Assembly: GCF_964204865.1 (NCBI RefSeq)
Contig: NC_135255.1
Coordinates: 1,550,001 to 1,614,000 of the forward strand
Length of the DNA stretch: 64,000 bases
Direction: 5' to 3'
DNA from: Styela clava
Lineage: Eukaryota
A model generated the notes under the pieces. That model saw only the letters and a list, made by a program, of their open reading frames with translations, ran no database searches and had not been told where the DNA came from. A program made the translations under genes and the position numbers. This document shows positions 51,919 through 64,000 of the stretch, in pieces; the stretch's first letter is position 1; the number at the start of each line of letters is the position of its first letter.

Positions 51919-53715
51919 TTATATATATATATATATATATATATAATTATTTAGCCTAAGCAAACTAAGGTTCTTTTCATTCGAGGCTCCATAAGTACAT
52001 TTCGTGTCGAATAAAGTATTGATGAAATGAGCGTTCAAACAAGACTCGTATTGCCTAATTAATTTTAGAATATTTGGTTGTATTGCTGTGATATGCAAAT
52101 CGTGTAAAATGAGTGTTGATATTTATATGATGTTTCTAATTGCTCAACTAACAACATCGGTACCAAATTAACTTGATATATCGTTTTCTTATTATTTGTT
52201 ATTGATATTTCTTTTGATGTGAAGCAGACTCCCGGATGACATAATTAACAGCAACGACTCTGAGTAGAATAATAAAAAGTAAATTGTTGTTTTATAGAAT
52301 CGCCCTATTATTTTTTGTTCTATAATGAATAATATAAAACTTAATTGTGGATATCGGCACGCTCTTTTGCATTAGCGTAATATTCATAACGAGACTAAGC
52401 ATTCCGTCGTTGAAAACGCCACGTTTTGGTAGTGACGCTTTCCAATATACAGCACATTTGCCAGGTGTGGGCAATGTTTTTGGATCAAGGGCCAAATATT
52501 TTGCCCACCTAGACTGGCGGGCCATGTAAGTATAACTTGAAAAGTTACTTTTTATGAACAATATCTACAGTGTTACCGAAGCAAAGTTGGAAAACAATAA
52601 GCCTCGTGACGAAACAAACAGAATTTAATCGCAATTTCCTTGAGTTATTTTGAGCTAAAACATCAAAATTTGGTTTAGTTTGATTGTCGCAACATCAGGC
52701 GGGCCAGATGAATTACCCATCGGGCCGGCTTTGGCCCGCAGTTTACCCATGTCAGTATTTGCCTATATAATTTGAATAGCGCATTGCAAGTTTCTCCAAT
52801 TCTCCATTGCACTAGTTTACATGCAGTATGTCGGAGTATGGGACATACCTATTGTGGTTCTTGAGATATTAGAGAATTATAAAATGATCGAACATTTTTC
52901 ATACTAATCGTTAAATTATCTCGACTCAAACGCTGTCAGATTACAGTGCATTGAAATTGTTTCAAAAGCGCAATGTGCGCGCTTATAGCGACGTAGGTCA
53001 CTGTCTCTTTTTATATAAACTAATATTATTATACAATTTATATGTAGCATAATATAAGGCAAATAATATTTTGAGCGCAGTTCGTACAAAATTTTCAGCA
53101 AATACATGAAATATGTTTAGCGTGGTGCTTTATATCATCTCGACTCTGTGCAACCAGGATGGGGCAAATTCAGGTAAATACTAGCCACTAGAATATCGAT
53201 TTTGATGATTTTCTTTTCTTCGATTATAGTAAATAATTATATTCAATGATAAAAATGGCTTCTAATTGTCATTTAATTCTATTTTTAAATGTTAAACAAT
53301 ACACATATAATATTTATTTTCGGATTTGAATGTAAACTTGCAGAACCACCGGACAGTACGGGCGAAGATCAGTTGAAAACGACTCTTTCAGAGGAAGTAA
53401 ACCATGCATGCACAAAATAAAATAAAAGCAATATATGCATGCCTATTTAAGTCCATCATTTTAAGAAGAGAAAGAGCCGAGTCTGATGCTTCGACCAATG
53501 AATGTTTCAATTTACATGTAAGTTCTGCAGCATTGAACAATTCGTGTCTATTTTGAGTGGTATTCGTAATCTTAGTTGGACATCAAAATGCCCATTTCAG
53601 TATTAATTTATATAAATTCTGATCCGACCAGAATGTTTGCGCAATTTTGTGTAGGCGCGTTCCAGCGGAGATATATCGCGCCACCATTTGTGACTTTATT
53701 TCTTTAGTTGATGTC

Positions 53716-54730
53716 CCAAAATAGGAAAGGCATGTCTCTCTATAGAACCGCCCTAGGTCGGTATCGTTAGAACCGCATCAATAATTATACTCAGGACTGT
53801 CTCATATAATCTTAGCCTACGTTTTGTGGTTAACCACATTCCATTATATTAGAGTATTTGTAGGCATCAATTCCTGTAGTAGATATTATTTGAGACTATG
53901 TCAGAGTCAGACATGAGAACTCAATAAAAGTTTAGGTCGATGAACATATAAAATCTCTGCAAATTGCAACTGAACATTATTAACAACTAGATATTCTCTC
54001 GGGTTCAAAATTCGTTGGAAAGTAGATTCCGGTCTGAGTGGGAGGATCACCATCATTTAAAAATCATTATTTAATTACCAGAGGTGGCTTTTGTTTCTGG
54101 TGTCCCTAGGAGTTGATCTTCGATGCTAGGTTATAAATTTTGCACTCAACCATTATTTGTATGACCTTATTAACGATTAGTCGATCGCAAGGCATTAGGA
54201 AGATTTTAGCCGATCTTTGCAGAGAAGTCCAAAATTAACCCATCAGTGATTGTCCATTCCTGATAAATAGAATTGCATATGATCCTTTGCATCATGAATG
54301 CCTCTGAAGAACAGCCTCAGCTGAAATTGTTCGATCATTGAAAGGCATGATTGCATAGATTCCTCTAGTCGTAAAAGGCGTTATTCGATTCCTTATACGG
54401 CAATTGTACTCAAGCATACAGATAACGTTGACGCGTCTTTCGCTAATATTAGAAGGTAGCAAGATAACATCAATAACGCAGCTTGAGTTGTGGCGAACTT
54501 ACCAGACTACTTAGATAACCGCATTTACGGACTGCAAGGGTTCAATTCACTAGTGGTCAATGTTCGCTCAAACATGAGCCTAATACAAACCTCGACTCAA
54601 CTGCGCAGTCCAACACAAGCTGAAACTTAAGATGCTTATCTTATCTGTAAAATTACTCACTTAAAACACTAAAATGAATATTATTAGACGATGTCGCCAT
54701 GCTGAATTCTTTCAATAATGAAAGATAAGG
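53716..54730 (+). promoter_or_regulatory. Candidate muscle/cardiac cis-regulatory cluster upstream of the myosin gene
   Basis: Perfect CArG CCAAAATAGG at 53716-53725; near-CArG CCTTATACGG at 54391; E-box CAGCTG at ~54319; GATA sites (AGATAA/TTATCT) at ~54420, 54462, 54513, 54636, 54641 and 54723; NKX-type CACTTAA at ~54658. Confidence 0.4.
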
Positions 54731-54924
54731 CATTAGGACTTCTTCCCCTTGCATTCTGGGAGTTCATCATTTTAGCCCTGGAAGTGTTGTATCATCATTC
54801 ATTCTGCGACACGGACGTTTCGGGTTCAATACAGATATTTACCATTCTGGTATAGTTCAGTTTTGAGTTTGCAAGGTCATTCGCATTTTTATTGTTTATC
54901 CCTCGTTTGGAAAAAGTATCCAAG

Positions 54925-63341
<8,417 letters not shown>

Positions 63342-64000
63342 GTACATTGTTCATTTAATACATGTGTGGAAATTATAAACAATTTCCTATAAAAGATCCC
63401 ATAAAATATATTATAAAAAAACAATATTTTTTTATAAAAAGCGCCCTGAAATAAGCATGTACTGAAGAAGCCTTATTTGCATTGAAAGGGGCATAAAAAC
63501 GTCGTATATAATGAAAAATAAATCGTTTTGTTCCAATAGAGCTCTGCATTTCAGTAAAAATAAACTATAATTTATCATTTGATTTCTAGACATAATCCTG
63601 ACCATGGTGAAATTCGCCACAAGTTGTTTTCATCAAATAAATTTTGAAACACACTTGCTCAGCTTTTGAAACCTAGAAATTATACATATATACTGGGTAC
63701 ATGCATTGACAACATTATTGATAATAAACAGAACCGGGGTATGTGATTTCAGGAACTTAGAGTTCTGTATATGGTGATGTCAGCCCCTTCTTGAACAGCA
63801 AGTAACTTTGCTGTCATTCAAAGTACTTTTGTATGATACTTTGCAATTAGCTTATCTGTCTACGACTGTGAAGGCTGTCATTAAAAGTATCATCATCGGA
63901 AATAGCTTAGTAATAACATTTTACCGAATTTATCATTAAATGGAAAAGAGGAATAGCACCTTGGGATATTGACCTCGTCGACTTTATTTTATGACGCTAC

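Overview
AT-rich, intron-rich eukaryotic DNA, most likely an invertebrate chordate (ascidian-like; inferred from myosin exon sizes, short introns and a change in CpG density across the window). (1) 210-39381 (+): the 3' part of a giant cysteine-rich, probably extracellular protein gene. I reconstructed 72 exons by hand; all splice phases agree and give about 3,720 codons in this window, with the 5' end upstream. The order is: two duplicated super-modules [half-VWC - tyrosinase-like domain lacking copper histidines - G(Y/F)(D/N)xx pentapeptide repeats - linker - small Cys module], separated by EGF, Kunitz and a split GACC Cys module; then about 31 VWC/chordin repeats, a GDPH-containing VWD, C8 and TIL (kielin/KCP/BMPER-type tail). 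An in-phase 1-kb alternative terminal exon (16754-17763) would replace most of the kielin-like half with an acidic, Tyr-rich, low-complexity tail, and UGCAUG motifs cluster around that choice. (2) 41656-51918: two tandem copies of a ~5 kb element with imperfect terminal inverted repeats, bounded by (TA)n tracts, each carrying a 95-bp minisatellite array. (3) 54925 to beyond the window end (+): the 5' part of a sarcomeric myosin II heavy chain gene, with a CArG/GATA/NKX motif cluster upstream. Introns carry several MITEs and tRNA-derived SINEs. The most interesting candidate is the pseudo-tyrosinase/kielin fusion gene with its splicing switch. I cannot tell without a database search whether this architecture has been described before.
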